A DNA stretch of 64,000 bases, taken from NCBI GenBank assembly GCA_965248535.1, contig CBDFJR010000005.1:128001-192000 (forward strand), written 5' to 3'. The notes beneath the pieces were generated by a model that made no database searches, was not told where the DNA came from, and saw only the letters and a list, made by a program, of their open reading frames with translations. Of the stretch, positions 1-9,749 are shown one piece after another. A program made the translations under genes and the position numbers. Each line of letters opens with the position of its first letter. The stretch's first letter is position 1. The DNA comes from Phormidesmis sp. GTDB taxonomy: Bacteria; Cyanobacteriota; Cyanobacteriia; Leptolyngbyales; Leptolyngbyaceae.

Positions 1-385
1 ACACAAGAATAGGTTTTTTGATGGAGTGTTGAAAGATGCACTCACAGCATTTGAGTTGCTTATACAGATCAACTCGACAACAAGCTTCTTTATCGATGGG
101 AACGACCAGAACTTTTAAGCCTTGCAGCACAGGAAGCTGGCTAGCTGCCAGGAGAATCTCTTGCTGAATAGAGTTACAAGCTGTAGTGGTTATGAGCGGT
201 GATCGGACTACAAGACGTTGCTCTTTCGCTAGTCCCTTTAGTCGTTACACTACCATGATCGGCCCAAAGGCAAATCTTAAAATAATCGTGTTGAGGGAGA
301 AACGCGATCGTGTCCTACGCCACACGAATACTCAACCTCATTGTGGCTTAAGGCGGCTCTAATCTGTCTGCGTTTGAGATCATCT

Positions 386-1144
386 CTATAGCCGCAAAGC
401 GTGACCACGCAACATCACCCGACTTGGCTCAACCTGAATCGTTGCCTCTTGGAGGGGGAGAACTCGGACAGAATGCGTGTGAACATTGACCTGATAAACT
501 TTGCCATTATCAACATCTAACCCCGTCAGCCAACCGCTTTTGGGATGATAAGCGCCCGTATCGATGCCTAACCAGCCTTGCCCACGAGCGATCGCACCCG
601 GCATCACACCCGGAAAGGTAAAGGTGATCGTGTGTCCTGTAATAATTAGCTTGTCGGCAAAATAGGGCTGAGGGCTGCTGTGAAACTCTTCTCGAATCCA
701 GCAAAATTCATGGGAGGTTTGCTGCTCGATCGGGAGATTGGGATGAACACCTGCATGGACAAGCCAGAGATCACCCAGGTCTAAATAGTGAGGTAGGGTT
801 CGCATCCACTCGACGTGCTCCAGCAAAACCCCAGCATCTCCATAGCTGGCAACGGTTGCTCGTCCGCCGCTTTGCAGCCAAGCTTGAAGGGCCGGAGAGA
901 ACACTTGACCATTGGGAAACGATTCGAGCAATAGCTGCTCGTGGTTGCCGAGAATGCACTCATAGGAGCTTTTTTTGACAAACTCGACCACTTGAGCACT
1001 TTGCGGGCCGCGATCGATCAAATCGCCCAAAAAATATACCTGATCGTGAGAGCCGGGCGCGATCGTCTCTAGCAGCGCCATTAGCCCGTTGTAGTGACCA
1101 TGAATATCACCAATGACAATACGACGAGGAGGAGTAGAGTTCAT
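386..1144 (-). CDS. Metallophosphoesterase, PrpA/ApaH-like Ser/Thr protein phosphatase family
   Basis: Motifs GDIHG, GDLIDRG, GNHE, VHAG, GHT, IDTG; ATG at 1144 (MNSTPP) preferred over the TTG at 1183. Confidence 0.9.
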   Translation of the reverse strand: MNSTPPRRIVIGDIHGHYNGLMALLETIAPGSHDQVYFLGDLIDRGPQSAQVVEFVKKSSYECILGNHEQLLLESFPNGQVFSPALQAWLQSGGRATVASYGDAGVLLEHVEWMRTLPHYLDLGDLWLVHAGVHPNLPIEQQTSHEFCWIREEFHSSPQPYFADKLIITGHTITFTFPGVMPGAIARGQGWLGIDTGAYHPKSGWLTGLDVDNGKVYQVNVHTHSVRVLPLQEATIQVEPSRVMLRGHALRL

Positions 1145-1401
1145 GCGATCGCCTTTCTGAGACAAGAGGGAGAATCTGAGCAAATTGTGCCTGACTTCTG
1201 CAAGCTGGCTTTTTTGAGGCTGGTCTGCCCTGCCCCATCAGAACTGGTGGTTTGAGTGTCTGTCCAGTATCAATACGACAGGTTAACCCGATGGGGAAAC
1301 CTCTGCTTGCGGTTAGCTTTACGGCCTAAGACGATTATGCCCTGATCGATCTAGCAATCTACCTTTCAAGTATTAGAAAACACAGGAACTCTGCGAAAAC
1401 T

Positions 1402-2127
1402 TCATCTTCCTAAAGCTCTCAAAAACTGTTGCAGACTAGAAAACAAATTCTGCTTAGGGGCCTGCGATCCCATCGCTTTGGACAAGATTTCGTCTAGCTT
1501 CTCAGAGTCGGGCTTGTCGCGCTCTTCGGCGATCGCTTCATAGACTCCATCGGTCTGAAGCCAAACCTGCCACGGAGACGGATAGCAGCGCATCAACGCA
1601 GTCTGATCATCAAGCGAGCGTAAGAAATAGCACGGCTCGATCGTGCTGAGAAAGCGATCGCGCAGTTTTCGCCCCGCATAGCCAATGCCAATCGTGGCCA
1701 CATCTTCTAAGCGAGGGTTGAGGATGACGATCGGGCGATCGCCTACCGCGTTACAAATCTGCTCAACGGGGGAGACTTCGACGGCACTCGGTGCAATAAA
1801 TAGATAAACTTTGTCATCTGGGTCGATGTAGTCTTCAACCTGGGTGGTTTGTCGTGACCCTGCCACATCTAAACTGCGAATCTGAAACGGCACGTCACCC
1901 CAATCTCGTTTTGCTAAGGCTGCGGTGCCCGCATCGGTGAAAAAAACTTTGAGACCCGCTCCTAAGTCGGCAAAGGTCGGCACAAACTTTTCGGCGACGG
2001 GCAGGGGTTTGAGTTCGGGAAACTGAAGCTCGATTTGCAGACGAGAATAGCCTGCGGCGATCGCTGCCTGGGTGGCAACTTGGGCTTGAGCGATCGCGTC
2101 GTCGAGAGTTTGGGGAAGTTGAGCCAT
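1402..2127 (-). CDS. DUF1995 family protein
   Basis: Typical cyanobacterial motifs (D.G.AALA.RDW, LNPRLED..IGIGY, R.YP.PWQVW). Confidence 0.8.
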   Translation of the reverse strand: MAQLPQTLDDAIAQAQVATQAAIAAGYSRLQIELQFPELKPLPVAEKFVPTFADLGAGLKVFFTDAGTAALAKRDWGDVPFQIRSLDVAGSRQTTQVEDYIDPDDKVYLFIAPSAVEVSPVEQICNAVGDRPIVILNPRLEDVATIGIGYAGRKLRDRFLSTIEPCYFLRSLDDQTALMRCYPSPWQVWLQTDGVYEAIAEERDKPDSEKLDEILSKAMGSQAPKQNLFSSLQQFLRALGR

Positions 2128-2245
2128 TACAAAAAGCTAGAAGGGATGAACTGCAACAAAAAGCAGATTTCTGGTCACAAAGAACGATTAAATAGGGATG
2201 GATTGATCTGCTTTCTCCTACACTACTACACCCCAAACCCTAACG

Positions 2246-3142
2246 ATGCTGAGTTCAACGAGAGAACTGCTAGAGACGGCACAACGAAACGTTTATGCGA
2301 TCGGAGCCTTTAATGTCTACAACCTCGAAGGCGTGAAGGCAGTGATCGGCGCGGCCGAGGCAGAACAGAGTCCGGCGATGCTGCAACTGCATCCAAGCGC
2401 GTTGGTGTATGGCGGGTTTCCGTTAGTGGCGCTGTGTTTAGAGGCAGCACGATCGTCGTTTATGCCGATCGCGGTTCATCTTGATCACAGCACATCAGTC
2501 GATGATATTCGCATGGCGCTCGATGCTGGAATGCTGTCAGTGATGGCGGATGGATCGCATTTGCCCTATGAACAAAATGTGATCTTTACTCAAGAAATGA
2601 CGCGGTTGGCGCACGAAAAAGGCGCGATCGTAGAGGCAGAGATCGGCAGAATTAGCGGCACTGAAGATGGTTTGAGCATTGCTGAAAAAGAAGCCAAGAT
2701 GACTGACCCTGATCAGGCAGTGGCGTTTATCAAAGCAACTCATGTAGATGCGTTAGCGGTGACGATCGGCAATGTGCACGGAGAGTATAAAAGTGAACCT
2801 CGATTAGACTTTGCCCGATTGGACAAGATTCATCGTTTGGTTAAGGTTCCTCTAGTGCTGCATGGAGCATCGGGTTTGTCAGAGGCTATGATCAGTCGCT
2901 CGATCGAGCTAGGGGTTTGCAAGTTTAACGTCAACACTGAAGTTAGACAGGCTTATATGCAAACGCTTCAGCAAGGGCTTTGTTCGGCTTCTCTTAAAGA
3001 TTTGCTCGACTCAATGGGGGCGGCGATCGCTTCAATGCAATCGGTTGTAGTGGAGAAGATGCGGCTATTTGGCTCGTCTGGCAAGGCCTATCTGCACCAA
3101 TCGCCCTATGCTGAGATGCTGGCAGCAAAGGGACACTATTAG
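2246..3142 (+). CDS. Class II (ketose/tagatose)-bisphosphate aldolase
   Basis: GAFNVYNLE, HLDH, MADGS, EAEIG, IGNVHG, LVLHGASG and KFNVNTE motifs. Confidence 0.9.
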   Translation: MLSSTRELLETAQRNVYAIGAFNVYNLEGVKAVIGAAEAEQSPAMLQLHPSALVYGGFPLVALCLEAARSSFMPIAVHLDHSTSVDDIRMALDAGMLSVMADGSHLPYEQNVIFTQEMTRLAHEKGAIVEAEIGRISGTEDGLSIAEKEAKMTDPDQAVAFIKATHVDALAVTIGNVHGEYKSEPRLDFARLDKIHRLVKVPLVLHGASGLSEAMISRSIELGVCKFNVNTEVRQAYMQTLQQGLCSASLKDLLDSMGAAIASMQSVVVEKMRLFGSSGKAYLHQSPYAEMLAAKGHY

Positions 3143-3200
3143 TGACTAGCCGATGAAGCTGACGACGATCGCACCTTGACAACCTGAAGCTGAGACGGGT

Positions 3201-4004
3201 TTAAAGCGGTTTGAACAAACTTGATGGATTCAGGCTGTCTTGAAATTCTGAGAAGGTGGCAAACTTGCCGTAGGGTTTGATCCAACGAATATAGTTTTCT
3301 AAGCGATCGAGCATGGCCTGCCCTGAGTGTCGCGTGATGTAGCCTGGCAGCGAATAGCCGCGAATGTTGGTAAACTCCCAGGGATGAAAATATAAGTTTA
3401 GATAAGCATCCCAATCTAGCGTTCGTTTAGACGCAAGTTTGTAGAACCAGAGCGGAAAGTTTTTGAAGCTTAACCAAAAGAGCGGAAACCGAATCAATGG
3501 AGTCACTGACACAGGAATATTAAGCAATTGATCGGAATAATAGGGCGTTCTTTTTTGAAAGAAATTGTTATATCGACCCGGTAAATAAGTCGGATTCATT
3601 GAAGAGTTATAGAGATATCCAGCTTGTTGAATATCTCTGTCTTTTACAGGTTTAAGTCTTGCCATTCTAAACCCCGTGATGGGCTGATTGACGATCGCTT
3701 CTAACGCTTTTTTAGACGCTGCTAAATCTTTTATCTCAAAGGATGAATGATAAAAACCATGAGACGCAATCTCGTGTTTTTTGGCGATCTCAAGCAGTTT
3801 TGAGGGATGGTGGATCGCAAAGTTTGCAGTTACAAAAAACGTTGCTTTGACCTGTAGCCGATCCAAGAGCGCTAAAACAGGATCTAATCCTTGGGAAGAG
3901 ACGTTGAATTTGAGACTTTCATCTAGCGATCGTCCATAGTCTTCGGGCACGTCAAACTCTTCTAGATCGAAACTTAAGAGAATTAGTTTATTCATCAACT
4001 GCAT
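3201..4004 (-). CDS. Polysaccharide deacetylase (NodB-like, DUF3473-type)
   Basis: SFDLEEF, ATFF, HEIASHG, GFR and YFHPWEF motifs. Confidence 0.85.
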   Translation of the reverse strand: MQLMNKLILLSFDLEEFDVPEDYGRSLDESLKFNVSSQGLDPVLALLDRLQVKATFFVTANFAIHHPSKLLEIAKKHEIASHGFYHSSFEIKDLAASKKALEAIVNQPITGFRMARLKPVKDRDIQQAGYLYNSSMNPTYLPGRYNNFFQKRTPYYSDQLLNIPVSVTPLIRFPLFWLSFKNFPLWFYKLASKRTLDWDAYLNLYFHPWEFTNIRGYSLPGYITRHSGQAMLDRLENYIRWIKPYGKFATFSEFQDSLNPSSLFKPL

Positions 4005-4019
4005 GGCTCTGGGTTGCTC

Positions 4020-4673
4020 TTAATTTTCCCATCTCCAGTTGGGACGGTTCCATTCATAAACGCCTTGAATTTCATATTCATTGCCATTCTCAAAACGAAC
4101 GGTGCAGTGGGTGCTGGTTTGGCTTTCGGCAACGCCCTCTTTATAAAGAGGACTTTGGGTTTCTGTGAGGCTAATCACCGTGCAGACAAACCACTCGCGG
4201 ACACAGGGGCCGGTGTCTTGCACCCATTCCCATAGCCCGTTAGATAACTCTATACGATCGCCGACTTTGAGCAATTGGGTCGATTCTTCATAAGCAGCGA
4301 GATCAGAGGAGCTAATCGTTTCTAGCCACTGAAGCCCTAGGGAATCGCGAATGAACTGCACTGTGCCCGAAGCGCGATCGTGCAGCCAATCATTGAGCAG
4401 TGTGGTCTTCCAAGATTTGTTTTGCTGCTCTTGATCGTGAATAAATTCAAACAGGGCTTGACGTTGTTCGGCGGTCAAGGCAGCTAGCGGATTGATCGCT
4501 GAGAGTGGCTCAGGGGATGGCTCACACTGGGATTGTCTCAACGCAGCCAATAAGATCTGCTGTTGAGCAGCGTTTAAAGGATGTCCAGCCGTTTCACAGT
4601 GACGAAAGGCAGTTTGCAAGGCTGCTTCGATCTCAGCTTGGGTCATGGGCAAATCGATAGAGAGAGCGGGCAC
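4020..4673 (-). CDS. Conserved cyanobacterial hypothetical protein
   Basis: 217-aa ORF of natural composition with a beta-rich C-terminal domain (GLWEWVQ...IQGVYEWN). Confidence 0.7.
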   Translation of the reverse strand: MPALSIDLPMTQAEIEAALQTAFRHCETAGHPLNAAQQQILLAALRQSQCEPSPEPLSAINPLAALTAEQRQALFEFIHDQEQQNKSWKTTLLNDWLHDRASGTVQFIRDSLGLQWLETISSSDLAAYEESTQLLKVGDRIELSNGLWEWVQDTGPCVREWFVCTVISLTETQSPLYKEGVAESQTSTHCTVRFENGNEYEIQGVYEWNRPNWRWEN

Positions 4674-4793
4674 ATGAAGTTTAACGGATGGTGTCGTCTC
4701 GTGATTTTAGAGGGCTGTGACCAGAACTCTAAATCCGTTATTGCCTTTAATTATGGCAGAAGTGTTGTTTGGCTTACATCGGTTGAGTGAGGT

Positions 4794-5123
4794 CTAATAG
4801 CGCGATCGCTCTGTGAGCAATTTATAACCACTCACGAGGGCTGCAAAGGCGATCATAAAGTTCCAAAGGCTAGTGGGTTGAAGAAATACGCCACCACTCA
4901 AGAAGACTAGTAGAATTCCTGCCATTAATAACACCCAGCCAAACGTTCCGGTTTCTCTAGGAAAGCAAACCAGAGAAATGGTGCCTCCTGCTACACATAA
5001 AACAGACCCGATCGCGGGCATGCTTCGCCAAAAATAGGGGGAGTAGTAGGTAGAAAACATAATGTCTTTACCCAGGAAATAAGTTCCTGCAAGCACTAAG
5101 AGAATCCCGAATAACTTACGCAT
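4794..5123 (-). CDS. Small multi-pass membrane protein
   Basis: 109 aa with about four hydrophobic segments. Confidence 0.7.
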   Translation of the reverse strand: MRKLFGILLVLAGTYFLGKDIMFSTYYSPYFWRSMPAIGSVLCVAGGTISLVCFPRETGTFGWVLLMAGILLVFLSGGVFLQPTSLWNFMIAFAALVSGYKLLTERSRY

Positions 5124-5189
5124 GGTTGATTGTAATGACTGAATCTCATTTAGACATCAGATAGAGAGATCTGGAATCCGGATAAATGC

Positions 5190-6038
5190 TCAAGATTGTT
5201 CTAAAAGCGAGAGTGCTAGTTGATAAATCTGTCGTCGTGGCAGTGAAGTCTGTTGAGCAAGTTGACGGCTGGCATCAGAGCGAGAAAGCCCTTGATCGAG
5301 CAAACTTTGAAGCTCAGACTTTAAAGTGGCTTCTGATAAGACAAGTTGCACCGACTCAGCGCCAGAAACGACGATCGTATATTCTCCTTGGGGTTCGCGT
5401 GTGAGATAAAGCGCGATCGCGTCTGCAACGGTGCCGCGCCAAAATTCTTCGTGCAGTTTGGTGAGTTCTCGCGCCAATGTGATGGCGCGATCGCGTCCCA
5501 ACGTTTCTGCTAAATCTTGCAAGGTAGCTCTCAATCGATGGGGCGATTCATAAAAAACCAGCGTCCGCGATTCAGAGCGCAGGCTGTCTAAGTGGATGCG
5601 ACGAGCTTGACTTTTAGCAGGCAAAAATCCTTCAAAGATAAAGCGATCGCTGGGCAACCCCGATGCACTTAAAGCCGTGATCACCGCGCTGGCTCCAGGA
5701 ATGGGCACAATGGTAATCGCTTCATCAGCACAGGCTTTGACCAACTCATAACCCGGATCAGAGATTCCGGGCATTCCGGCATCACTCACTAGGGCGATCG
5801 AGCGTCCTTGCTGCAATTTTGACAGTAGCTCTGCGGTGCGAGTTGTGAGATTGTGTTCGTGATAGCTGATCTGAGGAGTTTTAATTTGAAAGTGGTGCAG
5901 CAGTTTGCCTGTATGACGAGTGTCTTCGGCCGCAATCAAATCAACGGTTTGCAAGATTCGCACGGCTCGAACGGTCATATCTTCAAGATTGCCGATCGGG
6001 GTGCCAACAATATAAAGGGTTCCAGCGTTTGCATCCAT
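5190..6038 (-). CDS. rsmI: 16S rRNA (cytidine1402-2'-O)-methyltransferase
   Basis: LYIVGTPIGNLED, AAEDTR, VSDAGMPGISDPG, FEGFLP, YESPHR, ARELTK; start set at ATG 6038 to avoid overlap with the divergent gene. Confidence 0.95.
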   Translation of the reverse strand: MDANAGTLYIVGTPIGNLEDMTVRAVRILQTVDLIAAEDTRHTGKLLHHFQIKTPQISYHEHNLTTRTAELLSKLQQGRSIALVSDAGMPGISDPGYELVKACADEAITIVPIPGASAVITALSASGLPSDRFIFEGFLPAKSQARRIHLDSLRSESRTLVFYESPHRLRATLQDLAETLGRDRAITLARELTKLHEEFWRGTVADAIALYLTREPQGEYTIVVSGAESVQLVLSEATLKSELQSLLDQGLSRSDASRQLAQQTSLPRRQIYQLALSLLEQS

Positions 6039-6065
6039 AAAGGCGATCGTAGCGTGTAGAGGCTC

Positions 6066-6950
6066 ATGAAAAGACACGGACTTTTTATCGGCATGGTCAC
6101 CCTTGATCTGATTTATCTCGTCGAGCAAATGCCCGATCGCAATCAGAAAATTGCGGCGCTCAAGTCTACGATCGCGGCAGGGGGCCCAGCGACTAATGCA
6201 GCCATTGCCTTTAGCCATTTAGAAAACACTGCCACCCTTTTAGGAGCGGTGGGTGCCCATCCGGTCAGTCATTTGATTTTGGCAGATTTGCAGCAGTGTG
6301 GCGTGACGATCGTGGATCTTGTCCCCGATCGCATTGATTCGCCTCCAGTCTCATCGATCATCGTCACTCAATCAACCGGAGAGCGGGCAGTAGTGGCAAT
6401 GCCTGCGGTTAAGTCTCCCATTGATACAAGCTTATCCATCAGCTTAGATAGTGTTGATATTGTCTTAATCGATGGACATCAGATCGAGGCGAGTGTGGCG
6501 ATCGCTCAACGCGCAAGCCAGCGAGAGATTCCGGTAGTCATAGATGGCGGCAGTTGGAAACCGGGATTTGAACAACTATTGCCTTGGGTCGATTATGCAA
6601 TCTGTTCTGCAAACTTTTATCCGCCTAGTTGTGATACTTCTGAGCAAGTGTTGAGCTATCTCTCTAAAGAGGGAATTGCTCACATTGCAATCACTCAGGG
6701 AGAAGGCGCGATCGAGGTTTTCAGTCAAGGCGTGAGAGGCACGATCGACGTTCCTAAGACTCAAGTAATAGACACGCTCGGTGCAGGCGACATTTTTCAT
6801 GGTGCTTTTTGCCATTTTATTTTGCAGTCTGACTTTTCTAGCGCGTTGACTGAGGCGGCTCAAGTTGCTGCTTATTCTTGCCAGTTTTTTGGCACTCGTG
6901 AATGGATGTGGGCGAAACGTGGGTCAATGAAGCTGAAACCGATCCGTTAA
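6066..6950 (+). CDS. PfkB family sugar kinase
   Basis: GGPATNAA N-terminal motif and DTLGAGDIFHG C-terminal motif. Confidence 0.9.
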   Translation: MKRHGLFIGMVTLDLIYLVEQMPDRNQKIAALKSTIAAGGPATNAAIAFSHLENTATLLGAVGAHPVSHLILADLQQCGVTIVDLVPDRIDSPPVSSIIVTQSTGERAVVAMPAVKSPIDTSLSISLDSVDIVLIDGHQIEASVAIAQRASQREIPVVIDGGSWKPGFEQLLPWVDYAICSANFYPPSCDTSEQVLSYLSKEGIAHIAITQGEGAIEVFSQGVRGTIDVPKTQVIDTLGAGDIFHGAFCHFILQSDFSSALTEAAQVAAYSCQFFGTREWMWAKRGSMKLKPIR

Positions 6951-7071
6951 TGGGAATAAGGTTACTCTATGGCTACGACGTGCGAATTCACACCATCGAA
7001 GGTGGCACAGTTACGATCGCAGCATTGAAGTAGTTAACGTTAATGAGTTAGCTTTGGTTCTCTGCCCATAA

Positions 7072-7965
7072 GTGAGGAGGTTTGATTTGGATGCTTTGCC
7101 TCGTGATCTGCAAGAAACTCTCACGATCGCTCGATCGATCGGCTGGGGCGCTGCCGCCATTCTCTTAGAAGCACAACGCACCTCCTTTAGCATTGAGCAA
7201 GCGGGTGAAAGTCCAGTTACCACCGCAGACCTCGCTGCCAATCAATACATTCTCGATAACCTGCAAGCCGCGTTAGGCATCCAAGACTTTGCCTATTTAA
7301 GCGAAGAGACCTTTCACTCACAGCCACTATCAGCCCGCCTTAACCGCCCCTGGGTGTGGATTATTGATCCCCTAGACGGCACCAAAGACTTCATCAACCG
7401 CACTGGAGAATATGCCGTTCACATTGCCTTAACCCATCAAGGTCGTCCAGTTTTAGCCGTGGTTGCCTGTCCCGAAAAAGAGAAGCTTTACTATGCGACC
7501 CTGGGCGGTGGTGCATTTGTTGAAACCCGTGTAGCAAAAACCTTTCACACTCAACCCGTTAAAGTCTCCACAAAAGACAAGCCCGAAGACTTAACGATCG
7601 TGGCCAGTCGCAATCATCGAGACGAGCGATTTAACCAACTCATGCAGCACTTTCCCTGCAAAGATCAGCGTCAAGTGGGCAGTGTTGGCGGCAAGATTGC
7701 AGCGATCGTGGAGCAGCAAGCCGATGTCTACCTCTCGCTCTCTGGCAAATCTGCCCCCAAAGACTGGGATTTTGCCGCCCCAGAGCTAATCTTGACCGAA
7801 GCAGGCGGAAAATTTACCCACTTTGACGGGTCGCTGTTGCACTATAACCAAGCAGATGTCAGTCAATGGGGCGGCATTTTAGTGAGCAACGGGCAGTGTC
7901 ACGAAGCGTTGTGTAACCAAGCCATGAGTCTCTTAGCGGCGATCGATCAATCCCCAACCCTTTAA
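7072..7965 (+). CDS. cysQ: 3'(2'),5'-bisphosphate nucleotidase (inositol monophosphatase family)
   Basis: SPVTTAD, LSEE, WIIDPLDGTKDF and WDFAA motifs. Confidence 0.88.
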   Translation: MRRFDLDALPRDLQETLTIARSIGWGAAAILLEAQRTSFSIEQAGESPVTTADLAANQYILDNLQAALGIQDFAYLSEETFHSQPLSARLNRPWVWIIDPLDGTKDFINRTGEYAVHIALTHQGRPVLAVVACPEKEKLYYATLGGGAFVETRVAKTFHTQPVKVSTKDKPEDLTIVASRNHRDERFNQLMQHFPCKDQRQVGSVGGKIAAIVEQQADVYLSLSGKSAPKDWDFAAPELILTEAGGKFTHFDGSLLHYNQADVSQWGGILVSNGQCHEALCNQAMSLLAAIDQSPTL

Positions 7966-7974
7966 GCTCAGTGC

Positions 7975-8634
7975 TTAGATCTCGGTTCGGGTGGCAATCA
8001 CCGCATAAAAAGGATCACCGCCCGGCATTCCAAACAGTTGAAACAAGCTCGGCGTTTGAGATTCCTTGATCACAACTTCTGGTTCTGTAAAGCCAGGCAC
8101 CGCCTTAAAATAGCGCTTGACTAGCTCAACTCGACTCGCTTCAGACCCATCTCGCCAAGCCGCGATCGCTTTCTGATAAAACATTCGATTTGAGAAACTA
8201 ATGATGGCAATGCCCCCCGGTTTGAGAATGCGATGAATCTCAGTAAAAATCGCTTCAGGGTATTGCACATATTGCACAGACACCGTGTTGAGCACTGCAT
8301 CAAACGATTGATCGTCTAAGGGCAGTTTGGGATCTTGATTGAGATTTTGCACAAAATAGTGATCAAACCGAGGGTTCCGCGCTAGCTCTTCGCCATTCAA
8401 GCCGTGCCCTTCTACATGAGCAAACTTCAAGTCTTCGGGCAGATGAGACACCCAACTGCTCATCAAGTCAAAAATGCGAGTGTTGGATTTTAATCGCGAT
8501 CGATACAAATCAGTCAATTGCTGAATAAAGCCTTCGTCTACATGAGTGACAAACCGAGGGACATCATAAAACAGCCGATCGTCCGCATCGTCAAGTTTGG
8601 TGCGCTGGTTTGAGTTGAGCAACATGATAATCAA
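7975..8634 (-). CDS. Class I SAM-dependent methyltransferase
   Basis: FYDVPRFVTHVD, DLMSSWVSHLP, FDAV, RILKPGG, SFSNR; start may be 8625. Confidence 0.85.
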   Translation of the reverse strand: MIIMLLNSNQRTKLDDADDRLFYDVPRFVTHVDEGFIQQLTDLYRSRLKSNTRIFDLMSSWVSHLPEDLKFAHVEGHGLNGEELARNPRFDHYFVQNLNQDPKLPLDDQSFDAVLNTVSVQYVQYPEAIFTEIHRILKPGGIAIISFSNRMFYQKAIAAWRDGSEASRVELVKRYFKAVPGFTEPEVVIKESQTPSLFQLFGMPGGDPFYAVIATRTEI

Positions 8635-8733
8635 CCGCAGAGCTAAGAATTTTGTATAAAGTTATGTTAACAAATTCAAGGCAGCTCTCATCCTTCCCAT
8701 TAAAGAGTTTCGCGTCTCAAAGCGCTTTAAACC

Positions 8734-9660
8734 CTACGTGGCTCTAATCACCTCCCCGATCGTTTTTGACACCACCTCATTAGTCCAATAGCTGCCGTGA
8801 GCGTCACCTCCCCACAAAACCGGAATCAACCGTTGCTGAAAGGGTCGATTAAAAAAATTACCTTTGTCAGTAATCACATCCTGAGTTTCAACATAGTGAC
8901 TCGCATCATTCAGCAATAAAGGAATCACCCCCTCTAAGGGATAAGCGATCGGGTCGCCAGGGTGAGAAAAATTTCGCCAGGGAATTGACTTCTTCCTCAA
9001 GGCATAAAGCTGTTCTAACAAGTTTTTGAAATTGGGCGACAGGTCATGAGTGCTGACACCGCCCAACGTGCCGCTAATCGTCAACAAGCTAAACAAAGAA
9101 ATCGGAGAACCCATCGTGTGAATGCTGGCGATCGGAATGCCCGATCCGGCGATCGGAGGCAACCCAAATAACGCATTCCGAATATCTTGCACCGTCTGCC
9201 GAATCCCAGAATCAAGTCGTGGGTCTTCCCATCGAGCCGCAAACAGCAAGTCAAAGAGAATCACCGTTCCCCAGCTATGAGTCACCAGATGCAAGCGATC
9301 GTTAGAGGTCGTGTTTTGCAAAACCCCCAACACATCTCGCTCAAATCGCTGCACAACCTGAGAGCCAACGTGCCGACTCAAATAAAGAGCCGCATCGCCC
9401 ACAAACCCTAAAACCTGCTGAGTGCGAAAGTCTTGAAACCAAAAATCTTGCCACTTAGACGAGGCTTTAAAGCCATTAAACAGTTCATCTTGAGCCGATT
9501 GATTTAAGTCTCCCCAGAAGAACACGATCGGTTTTAACACTCTCGACTGATCGCGCACCGCTGACTGAATGCGATTAAACAAGCCATCTGCCAACGCTTT
9601 AAAGTCTTCTTGTTTGCGAGTTTTAACGCCATGAACAAACAAAATATAATCCGTTGCCAT
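8734..9660 (-). CDS. Hypothetical alpha/beta-hydrolase-fold protein
   Basis: FVHG, THSWG (nucleophile elbow), TMGSP, GDPI, HGSY. Confidence 0.65.
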   Translation of the reverse strand: MATDYILFVHGVKTRKQEDFKALADGLFNRIQSAVRDQSRVLKPIVFFWGDLNQSAQDELFNGFKASSKWQDFWFQDFRTQQVLGFVGDAALYLSRHVGSQVVQRFERDVLGVLQNTTSNDRLHLVTHSWGTVILFDLLFAARWEDPRLDSGIRQTVQDIRNALFGLPPIAGSGIPIASIHTMGSPISLFSLLTISGTLGGVSTHDLSPNFKNLLEQLYALRKKSIPWRNFSHPGDPIAYPLEGVIPLLLNDASHYVETQDVITDKGNFFNRPFQQRLIPVLWGGDAHGSYWTNEVVSKTIGEVIRAT

Positions 9661-9749
9661 ATAAAACCACTCCTAAAAGCGAGGTTTATCTGCTCTAGAG
9701 GATAATGCGGATAGAAGCCAACGATCGTGATATTTTGTCGCGATTCGTT

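Noticed and set aside
1..235. Open minus-strand frame running off the window start (…LPVLQGLKVLVV…), faintly like the entry to a receiver domain
   Set aside because: No start codon after the upstream stop and no acidic DD motif; too short to call.
6039..6218. N-terminal extension of rsmI in the ORF track
   Set aside because: Overlaps the divergent pfkB gene; homology begins at ATG 6038.
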